The notes under the pieces were generated by a model, which made no database searches, had not been told where the DNA came from, and worked only from the letters and a program-made list of their open reading frames with translations. Positions 51,046 to 64,000 of a stretch of DNA of 64,000 nt are shown in pieces. Where the stretch lies: contig CM060731.1 of NCBI GenBank assembly GCA_030704615.1, forward strand, positions 1-64,000. The letters run 5' to 3'. The stretch comes from Takakia lepidozioides (Eukaryota; Plantae; Bryophyta). Positions within the stretch are counted from its first letter, which is position 1; each line of letters starts with the position of its first letter. The position numbers were made by a program, and so were the translations under genes.

Positions 51046-52269
51046 ATGACTGAATCTCCCATGGATTGTTGATGTGGCATGATTTGTTGGGTATGAGCCG
51101 GGTGGCTATTGTCGTATTCTGCGACCTCATTGATTACCAGCTTGCAACAATGCAGGAAGCACGTTGGTGCCTTGAAAAGTGATGGTTAAATCGATAACAT
51201 TAAGTAGCGTGCAAGAGGAGGCCTGCTACGTATGCAGTCAGGAGCAGGGTGACTAGCTAGGTGTGGATCCCCAGGCGCGGATCTTAGTATAGGGGAAGGC
51301 CAGCTGATGAGGCCCTTCCACCGTTTAAGAATGCGTGAACAACAGTTGAAAACGGTTAACGGGCCTAGTCAGTGCCCTTCACCTGCCTAAAAAACCAACG
51401 TGTCCCTTCGTGGCTGGATGAAGGGGGTACTAAGGTACCTCCTCCCAGTGTCAGGATGAAACTTCCCACCTAAGAAGGTAACGATTTTAACAAAGGGAAT
51501 TTCTAGGCGGTTTTTTAGGCCACGTGGTAATGACTGTGGCTCGCTGGTCCCACACCGACAAGGATCCACACGCTTGATCACATATGTGGGCGGGCCGGTC
51601 TAGCTTGCCAAATGTTTGGCTCGTCAACACCTGGGCCTTTCAACCAACCCTAAGTACTTATCTTCGAAATTAAGGTAGAAACACACCCCTATTTTTGGGG
51701 TGTAAAGTGGTCCCGCCTGCCCTTAAATGGCGACCTTACTGCCAACGGGCTGATTTAGGTTCCTTCATGGGCATTGTGGGCCCCATGGTGCTTTGTTAGA
51801 TGAACAAAAACGTACTACTGTGACTAGTGTATTTGCCAAATGGAGGCCTTTTATAGGATACCTTTTGCTCTTGTGGGCTGAGCTGTTGGGTGAGTTATTG
51901 GCCATTTCAAGTGCACATCTCGTGCATATCAGGTCACATGTAGGCTTCATATTAGATAATATTTCAGTGAGTTATGGTACCCTCTATAGCTCAGGCATAG
52001 CATTTTTGTGCCCTGCCACTTTGATAATATATATCAATTAGCCACTTTGTCCAAAATTCATGCAATTCAAACCACAAGCTGTTTGTTCAATTGCTCATCC
52101 AGTCATATATTTTTTCCCCTTACTTCACCAATTGTATGGGCATATCTGCTTAAGCGCTCACATTTGGGTGTAACTACCTTAGGTCACATGACTCACATGG
52201 AGGTGACCGTTTGGAGTGTTTTTGGAAGGGGAGCTTTAAGTTAGTGTTTCATGGAAGGGGAGTATCGGC

Positions 52270-53858
52270 AAAATAACAACAACAATAATAATAATGTAAA
52301 CGCCTCCTAAAAGAAGCGTATATATATATATATACACACACACATATATATACAACGCCAACCGAAGCTAGCGTAAATAAGAGCCTCTTCCCCTTGCGGA
52401 TCTGCCCATTTTCAAGGGTGGGCTTTATCCACACCGTAACCTGTCACACTGTGGCCAGCTGAGCACTTTCAATCTTACGTTTATTGAGGATTAGGGATGT
52501 GAGTGATGTAATAGATGTGAAGTGCAAGGCTCGTAGTAGAGATTTGGGTGGTAGGTTGAGATTATTTTTCAAACCTGGGATATTATGGGTATGAGCATCG
52601 CCCCTCACACTCGCAGTGATGACGGTCAGAGGTGCCGTGTTCCAGCCTCGCTCACGGAGGGCATGATACACAATTGATCGATCGTGGTAGAATGCGAATT
52701 CCAAAAAATGTATTTTGCGATATGGAAGCGGTTCCGTCGGCGGCAAAGACTAACCAACCCACTTCCAATTACGAAAATATTCCCCTCCCTCTCCTCAATA
52801 TCAAACCTAACAAGACATGGTTAAAAGCGCTACCACGCCCACCACATGTCGCCCCTCCCGAGGCCCCACCCACCATCCCTCAGATGTACCAACAAAACAT
52901 ACCCCTTAGATTTCCCCTCACCCACTCTCACTACACGGATGGATCCCTCATTAACTCCACTGTCGGATATGGTATATATCATGCGGCCACCCAGCAGGGT
53001 GTCGCCCTCCGCCTACTTCCTACGCGCTGAACTTATGGCAATATATGAAGCCCTATCTAGGCTAGACACCTTCCCTCCCCCGTATTATATTTTTACCGAC
53101 AACCTTACTTTACTCTTCATTATCAGAACCACATAGCCCGCCCTTCATCCCACCGTCACCACCCAGACCGCAATCTCATCACTGCCATTGTCCAACTAGC
53201 TCTCTCCATCCCACCCTATCCATTTCCGCAAAGTCCACTCGCATACGGGGATACATGGAAATTACGTTGCCGACCAGTTTGCCCAAGCTGGCGCTGCCCA
53301 ACCTCCTGTGATCCCCTCTGATGACCCTATTCACATTGCCCACACTCACCCATTTTGGTTCATACACCTTGTTCCAGATCCACCTGCACCCAAACCCGTT
53401 TGCAATCTCCTTGTCACTCTCACCAGGGAAGCTAACAAATAAGCTGCTGCATCAATTAGCCATATTAAAGTCTACATTCAAAAGTGGACACAATCCAATG
53501 TGCTACACCATAAATTATCAAATCACTTCTGGAATACCAAAATCACTACAGATGCACAAATCCGTCAAGTCCTTAAATTTAGATACACCCAGTACATGGG
53601 ACACCAACGCAAGCACATTTTCTAGCCACGTATTTTTCCATCTCCATACTGCCCACTCTGTTCAGGCACCCATCAAGAACGTGACACCTGGCCACACTTA
53701 CTTAGCCAATGTACACACCCTATCATACATGACCTACATATTACCCGACCTAACCAAGCAGTATGGCATATCCACAAACTACTCCTCAACCGCGCCGAAA
53801 CCAGATGGTACACACTCCTAAACGCAGGCACATACCAAGGTCGCCCACCCGATCACAT
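52270..53858. mobile_element. RNase H + RLE LINE 3' portion with an inversion
   Basis: Plus strand 52750-53858: YTDGS, RAEL, FTDN, KVHSHTGIHGN..AD, CPLC, ending PPDHI. Minus strand 52746-52444: IHFLEF...RGW..PL...KRKIE, then 3' UTR and a (tat/tgt)n tail. Confidence 0.82.
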
Positions 53859-53859
53859 T

Positions 53860-56800
53860 TGTCAAGTTATTTTACCACTAGTGTGAAACTAGCTAGGAAA
53901 TAGCTAGCTTTTACATATTGACATTTGGGATTGGCCCAAGTGTCAATCCAGGGGTCAAGGTAGATTTAGGCCCTGGAGTGGTTATCTTCACGGCAAGCGC
54001 GGGAGGCTCATCTTTCTCGAGTTGAGCCTCACCGCGCCTAGCTATGGCGCCGTAGTGTGGATTCCCCATGGCGTGGGGTGCACTTGGCTTGATTTGTATT
54101 TGAGTGATGAGGTTATATATGCATGAGTTTATGCTTCAACTTTGTGAGCTCGCATGAGCTTGTGCTTGTATTCTTCTTCTTTTTTCACTCGAGAAAGATG
54201 AGCTCGTATCTGTGAGTGCCAGATACGAGTTAGTTGTAGCACTTGTGGTTTTTGCTTGAGAATGAGAGAAACCAAGTTGTTATGCAAGGAGCACCGTGGA
54301 GCTCTTGGTTGTTAGAAGCGGAGGCGATGTGGGTTACAAGGTGGTAGACCTTGGCATTCGATCTTCAGCTTCAGAGATGAAAGCACCATGCTGCAGGTAA
54401 TTCCAGAGCACCTTGATGGTTTCAGATTGTGTACATGCATGAGCAAGCACGATTGGGAAGAGGACCAGTCAAGAACAGGTTATAGTGGCTTTGGTGGCAA
54501 AGCTGAGAACTGGACTTGGGAATGCGAGCTTTCATTGTGTGAAGGATTGCAAGACCAAGCGAAAGGGCTGATTTGGCTTGGGGCAAATCAGTGCACTTTG
54601 TGGAGTATGGTGAGATTAGGTTTCAATCTCGAGCTTCAGCATTGAGAGGGCTCTTGTCATGGCAAGAGCAGGGCTGGAATAGGAGCTAAGAGGTGCGGCA
54701 AGGCCATGGAATGTGCACCTAGGGTTTCAAAGCTTGGAAGAAGAGCTCTTGCACCACAAGAGAAGTGTCTTGTGGCTGGAAATGTAAGCCTTAGGGTTTC
54801 AGGAGCTTGGCAAAGGCTGTGGAGTGCTTAGTCTTGTCTTAGAGAGCATCAAGGAGCCAAGGAGCCAAGATAGGGGGCTGATATCTCGTGTGTGAAGAGG
54901 TTGCATGTGTGGAGCATGTATTCAGCTCATTGAAGCTTCCATCTTCAAGCTTGGAGGGCAAGCAATGAAGAGGGAAGGGTTGACTTCCCTTATGTGAGGG
55001 CAATGCATGTGTGGAGCATGCTATCAGCCTGGTGAAGGCTTAAACTTTCAGGTGTGGGAGTGCAAGAAAGGAAGGAAGGGGCTGGTTTCCCTGTAGGGCA
55101 TGTGGAGCATGCTTTCAGCCTGCTGAAGCTTGTATTTTCAGGTTTGTGGGTGCAAGAAATGAAGCAAATGAGCTGATTCTCTTATGGTGAGAGTGGGGCA
55201 TGTGTGGAGCATGCCTTCAGCCCATTGAGGCTCTTGTTTTCAAGCTTTAGAGAGCTAGAACGGAAGGTCTAGGGCTGGTTTCCACTTAAAGTGAAAGAAA
55301 AGCACTTGTAGGGCCTATGTGAGTTGGGGTTTCAACTTCAAGCTTGAAGGGAGCGCAACTCTTGAAGCAGCAGGTGTAGGGGGCTGGAATAGGCTCTAAG
55401 ACAGATGCTATGGCCAAGGAGAGTGCTTGAATGAGTGCTCACAAGGGCTGGGAACCAGCAGGGCTTGGTTGTTTGCCATTGAGTTTAGTGGCGTGTTTGG
55501 GGAGGCTAAGTGAGAAAGAAGGCTTGGTTTGTGGCAACCACCTCATGGCTTAGGGCTACTATGGTGGTGTGTGGGAGCCGAAAGAGCAAGAATACCTTGC
55601 TGATTTCCTCACAACCGCCATAGCTCGGTGGAAAGAAGCCTAGAGTCCAAGAGACACAAACCCTAGCTTGGCGTGGCTAAACCCCTTGGAGAAATGGCTA
55701 AACTGCCAGAGCGGCCATGGATGGGGCTGTGCCGGTGGCCTTTTGGGGCTGTGAGGGGCTGTGAGGGGCTGTGCCCTGTGGCCTGTGGGGCTGTGACGGG
55801 ATGTGACAAGCTGTGACAGGCTGTGGCGGGCTGTGACAGGTTGTGCCTAGTGACCTGTGGGGCTGTGACGGGCTGTGACGGGCTGTGACAGGCTGTGCCC
55901 TGTGCCCTGTGGGGCTGTGACGGGCTATGGCCTTTGGGGCTGTGACCCTGTGACCTGTGTCGGGCTGTGACAGGCTGTGCCCTGTGCCCTATGGGGTTGT
56001 GATAGGCTGTGGCCTTTGGGGCTGTGACCCTGTGACCTTTGTAGGGCTGTGATAGGCTGTGCCCTGTGGCCTTTGGGTTTGTAATGGGCTGTGATAGGCT
56101 GTGATATGTGGCCTTTGGGGTTGTGACAGGCTGCGGCCTGTGGGGCTGTGACCCTGTGGCCTGTGTGGGGCTGTGACGGCTGTGACTAGTGAGCTGTGTG
56201 GGCCTGTACTGGTCTGTGGTGGCCCGTGTTGACCTGTGGACGGCCTGTGCTGACTCGTGGAGGCACTGGTGGACTGCCTAAGGACTGGCATGTGGTCTTG
56301 AAGGCCGAATTTTGAAGCTCGTGGAGGGTGGTTTGAGGAGTATCTTCATGATATTCCCATGGTCATGCAAGTGAGGGAAGAGAGGAGAGAAAGAGTGTTG
56401 GGATGAGGCATGCTGGGGTTAGGCATTGCTTTAGCTTCTCTTCCTCGTAGTTTCCACCCTCTCATTAGGCCAAGACCTTTCCGTAGGTGGAGGCAAGAGT
56501 CAGTCCGGGTTTGGGCTAGGGTGTCCTTGCAGGAGCAACACTGTGGAGTTGTTTTTGGTGTGGGGGAGTTGTCGTTCTAATTTCTTGTGTTTGGATCCCC
56601 TCCATACCTGCATGCTTGACTGTGCGCCATGCTAGTTTTGTGTTGGTGCTTGTTTTTATAGGTGATTGGTCCGGATTTGATCACCGGCCAGTCCTAGAGC
56701 ATGCTGTCGATGGTGAGGCTGGGGTGATGACCAGCCAGACCATCATTGTTTCTCCTATGGTGAGGTTGGAGGTGATGACCAGCCAACCATAGGAGTGCTT

Positions 56801-59105
56801 GCGGTGGATGCAGGTACAGGTGTAGGTTATGTTAGGAACTTAGTATTCCAAACCATAAGCCGCAACAGGTTCTCTACCCGGTTACCTTGTGGAGAGGGGG
56901 TTAGGGACATGTTCATGACCGGTTGAGTGTCAACACGGAGGTGCCACTAGTTGCTGGGGACAGTGCCGGTTTGAGCACTAGCGATACTAGTGGGTACAAG
57001 AGACGAGGTGTGCGGTTTAGGCCACCTTCACCTCCTGTGTCTTCTACGGAAGGTTTTGATTCGGATTGTGAATCAGGAGGACTCATACCGGCGGTGCAAG
57101 TTGTTTCTTTGCCATTGTTGTGGGACACAATGGAGGAGATGTATGGAGCTACCAAGGGGCCACGAAGGTACTCTGGGCGGGGGGCACCATCGAGTTGGAT
57201 GATTTTATCCAAGAGTTTGATAGTTGGTGTGATTTGCAGCAAATGCGCAATCCACAACTATTTACGCCTTTCATGGCATGGAAGGGGCTGTTTCAGCACC
57301 TTGAGGGCCGCCTATGGATGATTACCATGAGTTCAGGCGGGGGCATGAGGTTGAGATCGAGGAGTGGAGGATGTATTGGTCACCCGACTATATTTCCATC
57401 ACTAGGGGCACTAGAGCCACGAGGGCAGTGGCTACACCTGTTGCTGCACCGGCAGCTTCAGCAAGTAGCAGAGGGACTAGTGGGACTGGTGGTACAGTAG
57501 CTACGACGTCCACCCAAGCCACTACCGCACCAGCACTAGTACACGTGTCTGCCTTCAACCCTGTTGTGGAGTTCTTCGAAGAGTTGAGAGGGAACTACCA
57601 AGGGGTGAGGACGGAGAAGTTGCGGAGCTTGCAAGAGTTCCAACGGAAGCCGACCGAGACTTGAGGGAGGCTTTCACTCGCATGAGGCGCTTGATAAATG
57701 TAACCCAAGGGATTACGGAAGCTCATGCAGTCCAATTCTGGTATGGGATATTGGATAAGGGGCTGAGGAGAAGGGTGCGGGATGCAACTCTCATACAAGC
57801 GGCCCAACCCACCTTAGCAAATGTGTTTTTGCTAGTAGAGCGGATAGAGCTCAACATGGTGGAGGAACGAGTGGTCATGGTGGGATTTGCTAAGGAGACA
57901 CCACGGGGTAGTGGTGCTCCTAGCCAACCACTACCTCAACGTGCTCAAGGCAACAAGGGGGCTCATGTTAAGCCCAGGGAAGGGCAGAGAGGACCTCAGA
58001 TGCAGGGGTCTCTCCCTTCATTTGCTGGCCAACAACGGGCGGATGTGGTGTGCTGGACATGTGGAGGATCCCATGTCAAGAAGGATTGCCCAGAGGGAGG
58101 CAAAGGGCCGGCACATGCACAACCTGCACAGCTGCAGTGTGGGCATTGTGGCAAGCACGGGCATGGAGAGGCCCAGTGTTATGGTTTGCATCCTGAGTTG
58201 CGCCCAGGCCAGTTCCAAAGGAACAATGATGGCCGGGGGCGAGGTGGAGCAGCCCAGAGAGGACGAGGTGGCCAGCCACGAGGTACAGGCCAAGGGCCAG
58301 CTCAACATGGCCAAGGATGCGGCGGTCAGGGGGTTGACCAAAGCATGGCCAACCGGCTTCAGCAGCTAGAGCAGAGGCTCGCTGCCATGGCTACAGCTCA
58401 GGTGGTACCGGCTCTAAGGCCGGATGGTCCACCTCCTGCTCCTGAGGGAAGAGATATGGGAGACATGAGATTCATGTGTGGAGCAGCACTACCACTAGTG
58501 CAGGTGGAGTCTGCTGCAGCCGTGACTCGAGGAGCAGCACGAGTTCCTGAGCCACGAGGTGTAGAGGTGGAGTTGGATTCACAGCGTGGGGAGGCAAGCC
58601 GTCAGGCTAAGCTTCCTCAGTCATTCACATTGGCAGAGATAGTGTCGACGCCATCCATGGCACCTAGTTCTCACCCGACTGTTGCCGAGGCGGAGGTTAC
58701 TATGTCATTGGGGAGAGCTACACGGGTAGCACCACTACCTAGTGTTGCCAAGGCTACGGCAGCTAGTGTGCTGCTAGGAGCGGCCACATCTGTGTGCCAA
58801 GCTCCATTGTTCTCGGCTACCATGATTGCGACGCCGGGGGTAAGACCAGCTGAGGTGTTCAGGCTGGCAGCTACACTCTGTGAGAGTGGGGAGGTTACTT
58901 CATCTTCTGCGGAGATAGTGGGAGGTGTAGTGCTGGAGGGATCCTCGGATTTGAGGGTCAAGACTGCCACAGCGGCGCCATGACAAGCTGCAGCTGCCAG
59001 GTTGATGGAGCTGCCAGCTAGGCCAGCCATTGACCGCGCCATGGTGACACCTGGAGTTGTCATGTTAGACAACCAGGATGACATTTTCTGTTTGAGTGGA
59101 CCGGC
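53860..59105 (+). mobile_element. Truncated Ty3/gypsy-like LTR retrotransposon: long LTR/UTR plus gag
   Basis: Starts TGTCA and interrupts the LINE. Gag-like ORFs at ~57080-58983 with knuckles CWTCGGSHVKKDC and CGHCGKHGHGEAQC. No pol; LTR end and PBS not resolved. Confidence 0.7.
55725..56270. repeat. Degenerate ~9-10 bp minisatellite (GGGCTGTGAC)n
   Basis: Dozens of gctgtg / cctgtg variants. Confidence 0.92.
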
Positions 59106-59109
59106 AGGC

Positions 59110-60040
59110 ATAGCTGGTTGAGTGAATCTGGTTTGGAGTGACTTTGACATGATTCTACCAATGTGACAACATGAAAGTATCGAAAAACAGGTAACAAAGA
59201 TGAGGAGAAGCTGCGGAATAAATACTTTTATGATCCCAGTCAATGGTGGAACAACCAAGGCCAAAAGGTGAATGCCTGTTAGATTACAGAGAGTAGCAGA
59301 CGCAATTTAGCATAAGAGCTGAGTTGGGTGTTTCCTAGAACAAATCTAGGCTGTCATTGTCAGCTGCTAGAAGCAAGGCAAGGATGAATGCATGATTTGT
59401 GCAGAGGCATGGATAGCTGAAGGAGCAGCGATAGAGCGTGGGTCCTAATTCATCCAAGAGGGCCAAATTTCAAGCACAAGATTACATATGATTCCCTGTG
59501 GATCAATAGCTATAAGAAACCTGCATGGATAGATGGTCAACTGGAAGCCGCAACAGCAGCGGCACAATTCATAAAATCAGGCACTGCTAATCAAGGCACC
59601 ATCTTCAACACATTTCACCTTGTTTTTTCCTCTTGATCAGAACCGGCCCAATGTACATGCTGAATTCTGCAAGTTAGCTGGTTGAGGGAATTTGGTTTGG
59701 AGTGACTTCGACATGATACTGCTAATGTGACACCAGGAAAGTATTGAAAAACAGGTAACAGAGATGAGGAGAAGCTGTGGAATGAACACTTTTCTGACCC
59801 CAGTCAATGGTGGGACAACCGAGGCCAAAAGATGAGAGTTTGTATGATTACAGAGAGTAGCAGACGCAATTCAGCATAGGAACTAGTGTGATAAGCTGAG
59901 TTGGGTATTTCCTAGAACAAATCTAGGCTGTCATTGTCAGCTACTAGCAACAATGCAAGGATGAATGCATGATTTGTGCAGAGGCATGGATAGCTGAAGG
60001 AGCAGGGACAGACCGTGGGTCCAGATTCATCCAAGAGGGC
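59110..60040 (-). repeat. Inverted copy of the ~565-bp tandem unit at 29520-30600
   Basis: agctggttgag..aat.tggtttggagtgactt.gacatgat at ~59112 and ~59676 is the reverse complement of ~29920-29960. Confidence 0.88.
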
Positions 60041-60044
60041 ATTG

Positions 60045-60335
60045 ACAATGTAAGTTCCTCAAAGGCCTGTTGACATTCAGCTGTCCATGCAAACATTGCA
60101 TCCTTCTTCAAGAGTTTGCTCAATGGTGCTACCTCTGTGCATATCGTCTGACAAACCTTCTGTAATAACTGGTTTGTCCAAGGAACCTCCTTAGAGCCTT
60201 AATATTTTGGTGGTGGTGATGCCTTAATAGCCTCTGCCTTTCTAGGATCTACAAGCAGTCCTTTTTGACACACAATGTGTCCCAAAAGAACTCCCGAGTT
60301 CACACAGAAAGTACATTTTTCTGGACTCTTTAAAG
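60045..60335 (-). mobile_element. Ty3/gypsy RT fragment (same family as 22380-26836)
   Basis: PEKCTFCVNSGVLLGHIV...VDPRK...FLGQTSYYRRF. Confidence 0.85.
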
Positions 60336-60783
60336 GTGATACTATGACACCTCTACATAGATCTATTGCCATTCTAGTTTTGTTGTGTGTCGACATATAT
60401 AAATATACTTTGCATCAAAACGTATTCATTCCATAGTCCATCCATCAAGAAACATGAGTACTTGTGACAACAATAAGTACCTTGGTCGTTGCTCTTTCCA
60501 CGGATGTACAAACTCAGCCCACAAAAACCATGTGGATGGACAACGCTTCAAACGCCCATTGATCAAGCTCCTTCCATGGGTGCATTGCCTTTTCAAGCTC
60601 TTTTTGAAATGAGACGTGTAAGGCTCGATCATATGCAATTCAATGACAATATATTTAGTTCATGCATGATCAAAATACAGATTTGTGTTCGCAACTCTTC
60701 GATGCTACTGCCGCAAAAACTAATATGTATGAAACTATGCTGAAGATATCCTATAGAAATCTCCGTAACCCAAAAAATGATGC

Positions 60784-62278
60784 TTAGGTTTCATGGTTAT
60801 GAGTTCTATAGCATTCGGTAGGGATAGGCCACTGCATAATTGGCTCATCCATGAAATGCCTGAGAACATGAGATAAGGTAAAACGAATCTCTGCCACGTT
60901 TGAGGTAAGCCCGACAAGTGCAGAAGTAAAAAAATTGCCCGTGGAAGTATCTGTGAACAACTAAACATCCATTTGGTTGTTGTCATGAATTCGTTCCGCG
61001 ATTTTGCCAACAGCAAATGTCTCCGCGGCCATGCTATGGAAAGGCCTAAATGGCATTCCGTCCACTTGTGTGTTTGACGAGTTGTGCACAACCGCAAGTT
61101 CTGGCGCTATCCACCATCTGTGACGCAATGCGCGTTCCCTCTCCTCTGCGCTGGTATAAATATATGGTGACGCTTTGGAGGCCTCCGTTGATGATGACAT
61201 TCCCCAATCACAAAACCCAATGTACACATCTTCGCTACAACCCGAAAAATGCAAGAGAATATTGTCGGGGGATATGTCGTTGTGCATGATGTGATTCTTG
61301 TGCACTTCTAAGACGATGTGTAGAAGAGCCCATGCCAATTTTGTGCGTTGGCGTCGAAGCCGCACCATCTTGTACACTTCCTCCACATCCTTCGGCGTCC
61401 CATGCAATTCCCGGTGGTCCCTCTCGTCGCTCGACCATTTTTTGTCAATTGCCAACATTTCGCGTATGGTCCCCCCATTCCTCCATATTGAGTACCCTTC
61501 GTACGTTCGTGGATGCGCAACAAGAAACTTGATAACTCCAAAGTGGGAGAATCGCACTGCCATGGCCTCATGCTCAAACTCTCATCTGGCAGTTTCTGCA
61601 TTAGAATCTTTGGGCATTTTCCCCGCTAAAGCCCATGTTGTAGGAATCCTTCCGTCACCTTCAGTTCTCACCTTCTGAATTCGACCATAACCACCTTCTT
61701 TGGCCTTATCCAGTTGGTGAATGGTGGCGTTTGCGTTGATGAATAAGATACCGAGGCCTTCGTTGGGCGCAAACTTGCCCGTCTTCCAAGGGGCAACCCT
61801 GGTTTTATTCTTGGAATAAGTCGTGGACATACCAAACCACCAATCCACATGCGAAAACAAATCTTTTTCCGGCGACCCACGTCGACCTTCTGTTGGTCTC
61901 TTAACAATTGTTTCCACGAGTTGCTTCATGTTCCACGTCGCATCTTGTGCCCGACTCTCCACCCATTCATCGAATTTCGGTTTCATCCTGTCCTCGGCCC
62001 ATTCCTCCCCTGCCATAGCCACCCGCATCCTCCTCTCCATATTATTTTGGAACTTCAGGAACCCTTCATAGCCGTAGAAAACGTACGAACTATGCAAGTG
62101 CGGATGATCCGTGTTCAGAAGTAGTCGTGCACCACCTCCCTTACCAGCTTAAGCGCCTTCGGTCTTGGATAATCTTCTTTGTGAAGATTGCTATTACGCT
62201 GGCTCCTGTGCTTCCTTTTTTTGCCCTTGCACTCCCAGAGGAGTTTCCGACCGCCTCACTGGATGTGTATTCTGACAT
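60784..62278 (-). pseudogene. Intronless atypical protein kinase (copy 2)
   Basis: Same N-terminus MSEYTSSEAVG. KEGGYGRI, LAGK, HNDISPDN, DWG, WIAPE. Stop at 61582 and frameshifts at sites different from copy 1. Confidence 0.85.
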
Positions 62279-62569
62279 TGCCCGCCGCTAAATAACACCA
62301 GAAAATTTCGAAAACTTCTCCCTCACCTTACAAACCTCGAGCCCCTAGTGCGTGCATTGTCCTGGGCAGTGAACGCGGTGCATCCCAGGCCCCCGAGAAC
62401 AAACACCCACACAAATAAGGCCGAGTGAGAAGTGATGGGGGTTTTGGCCCTTTTATATGTGCTGAGCGCCCGGTTCGGACGGGCACGTGGCGCTTGATTA
62501 TCGCACCACGTGGCGCGCCGAGGGCGACCGCTGAATCGCGGCCGTTGGCGACCGCGATATCCGCGCTAT

Positions 62570-63490
62570 TTGGGGAGCGCCATTCGGGCGGTCTAGGAAT
62601 ACAGGGTTTGTTTATTAAAAACATCAACAAGGGGACCGCCTCAGCTGCGGTCCCCAAATAGCGCGTTTTTCAATTGAAAAATATATTATTGTTTTTGGGC
62701 GGTCCCGGAACACCGCTATTGTTTATTAAAATCATCAATAAGGGGACCGCCGCTGTGGCGGTCCCCGAATACTGGGTTTTAAGTTTTGATTTTTTTTAAA
62801 CACCTGGGAATGGCAGCTTACAAAATCAGGGCCCTTAGTAGTGAGAGGAGAAAATAACCTCTTTCATTTGGGCGGCATGGAGGCGAATGAGTGGGACACC
62901 ACCCACGAACCATACCACACCCGTCAGTAGCAAGATTTGACCCCGGAGACATCTGGGTGGCACTCAGTGCACTTATCCAACTGACAGTTGGTTAAAAAAT
63001 AAATAAATAAATGTGGGGGCAGCCGCTGTGGGTGGTCCGAAATAGCGGGTTTTTGGCAATTTAAATAAACAATGTGTGGACCGCCACTACGGCGGTCCCG
63101 AAATACCGGCAATTACAAATATGTGTGTTGGGGCAAGCCTGTGGCGGCCCGAAATAGCGGGATTTTTCCTATTTAAAAATACGAATTTGAGGTCCGCCGC
63201 GCTCGGCGGTACCGATTGTAAGGCGTCCCTTTCACACCCGTTGAGGCGGCCGGCCGCCCCTGTGGGCGACCGTTGGGGGCCACCTCAATAAGCTCGGGAC
63301 CGCCAAATCGCCAGTCCCGTTTATGGGTTTTTTATTTCAAAAATAGTGGAGGGTGCGGGCGGGTGGCGTCCGGAGTGAAGGTGTAGTATTTGCCGGGACC
63401 GCGGTCCGGGTGGTCCCGTTTGAAGTGCTTTTAAAAATATATATATAGACGGGACCGCAGCGGGTGGCGGTCCCTTGCGGATTGGCTTAG
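62570..63490. repeat. GGGACCGCC-N-GGCGGTCCC palindrome array (inverted homolog of 40560-41060)
   Basis: ggggaccgccgctgtggcggtcccc (~62742), ggaccgccactacggcggtccc (~63078). Confidence 0.85.
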
Positions 63491-63505
63491 GGTTTAGGCG
63501 AAGGG

Positions 63506-64000
63506 TGTAACCGAAGGTATTGAGTCGTGCAGGATAGCAGGGTTGAATCAGGCACGGTGGTCGGATTCCGCATCGCCTCCCACCGTGACTACTGCTTATG
63601 AGACAGGACCAAGCGGAGGAGGAAATAAGAAGTCCTCTGGCACACTTATGCAAGCTCTTATGTAAAGCCAGCACAACTCAAAGCGGTGTGGGACATATCG
63701 AACCAAGGAGGCATTTCGGCAGACTCAAATACTTATGTTTATCTATTGCGAGAGTGCACTGTGATTGAGAATGTAGAAGTAGGAAAGCAGGTTCATTCCC
63801 ACATGGTCGAAAGTGGATTGAAGCCAAAACTCTTTCTTCTCAACACCCTTGTCAACATGTATACCAAGTGTGGAAGCGCGGCGGATGCACGCGGGTATTC
63901 TGGTTTCCAACTGTTGCATGAGAGCTATGACACTACCCAATACATGGATTGGTGTCACAAGGCTGTCACATTAGTTTTTGTGATGTGACACATTTATGGT
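63506..64000 (+). pseudogene. PPR 5' fragment, inverted homolog of 38590-40060 with internal deletion
   Basis: NTYVYLLREC...GKQVH...NTLVNMYTKCGS, then jumps to sequence homologous to ~38686. Confidence 0.85.

Noticed and set aside
56700-56930. LTR end and primer-binding site
   Set aside because: No convincing CA-TGG tRNA-complementary site, and no second LTR in the window.
1-64000. tRNA, rRNA or telomeric arrays
   Set aside because: None recognised; TTTAGGG occurs only as isolated copies.

Overview
Eukaryotic, TE-dense window from a land-plant nuclear genome, most plausibly a non-seed plant (inferred from GT-AG introns, PLS-type PPR, DXS and XYLT genes). Only one host gene looks largely intact: a 3-exon beta-1,2-xylosyltransferase (47266-50197), with an unexplained +1 frameshift in exon 1. 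The rest is nested, decayed mobile DNA: a Mutator-like transposase, CACTA pieces, a Ty3/gypsy with three internal inversions, RNase H + RLE-type LINE fragments, RTE-like tails, a hAT MITE and an LTR/gag. The most unusual aspect is the enzymatic cargo next to arrays of palindromes: an intronless atypical kinase in two diverged inverted copies, three FCP1/NIF HAD phosphatase-like domains and a RING-H2 ORF. A LINE-like fragment also carries a PCIF1-like adenine methyltransferase motif set. An ~10 kb train of co-oriented host gene fragments (RPL23A, PPR, DXS, ULP1, PPR), several keeping their introns, includes a near-perfect hairpin formed inside a ULP1 exon. All calls were made by eye with no database search, and boundaries of decayed elements are approximate.
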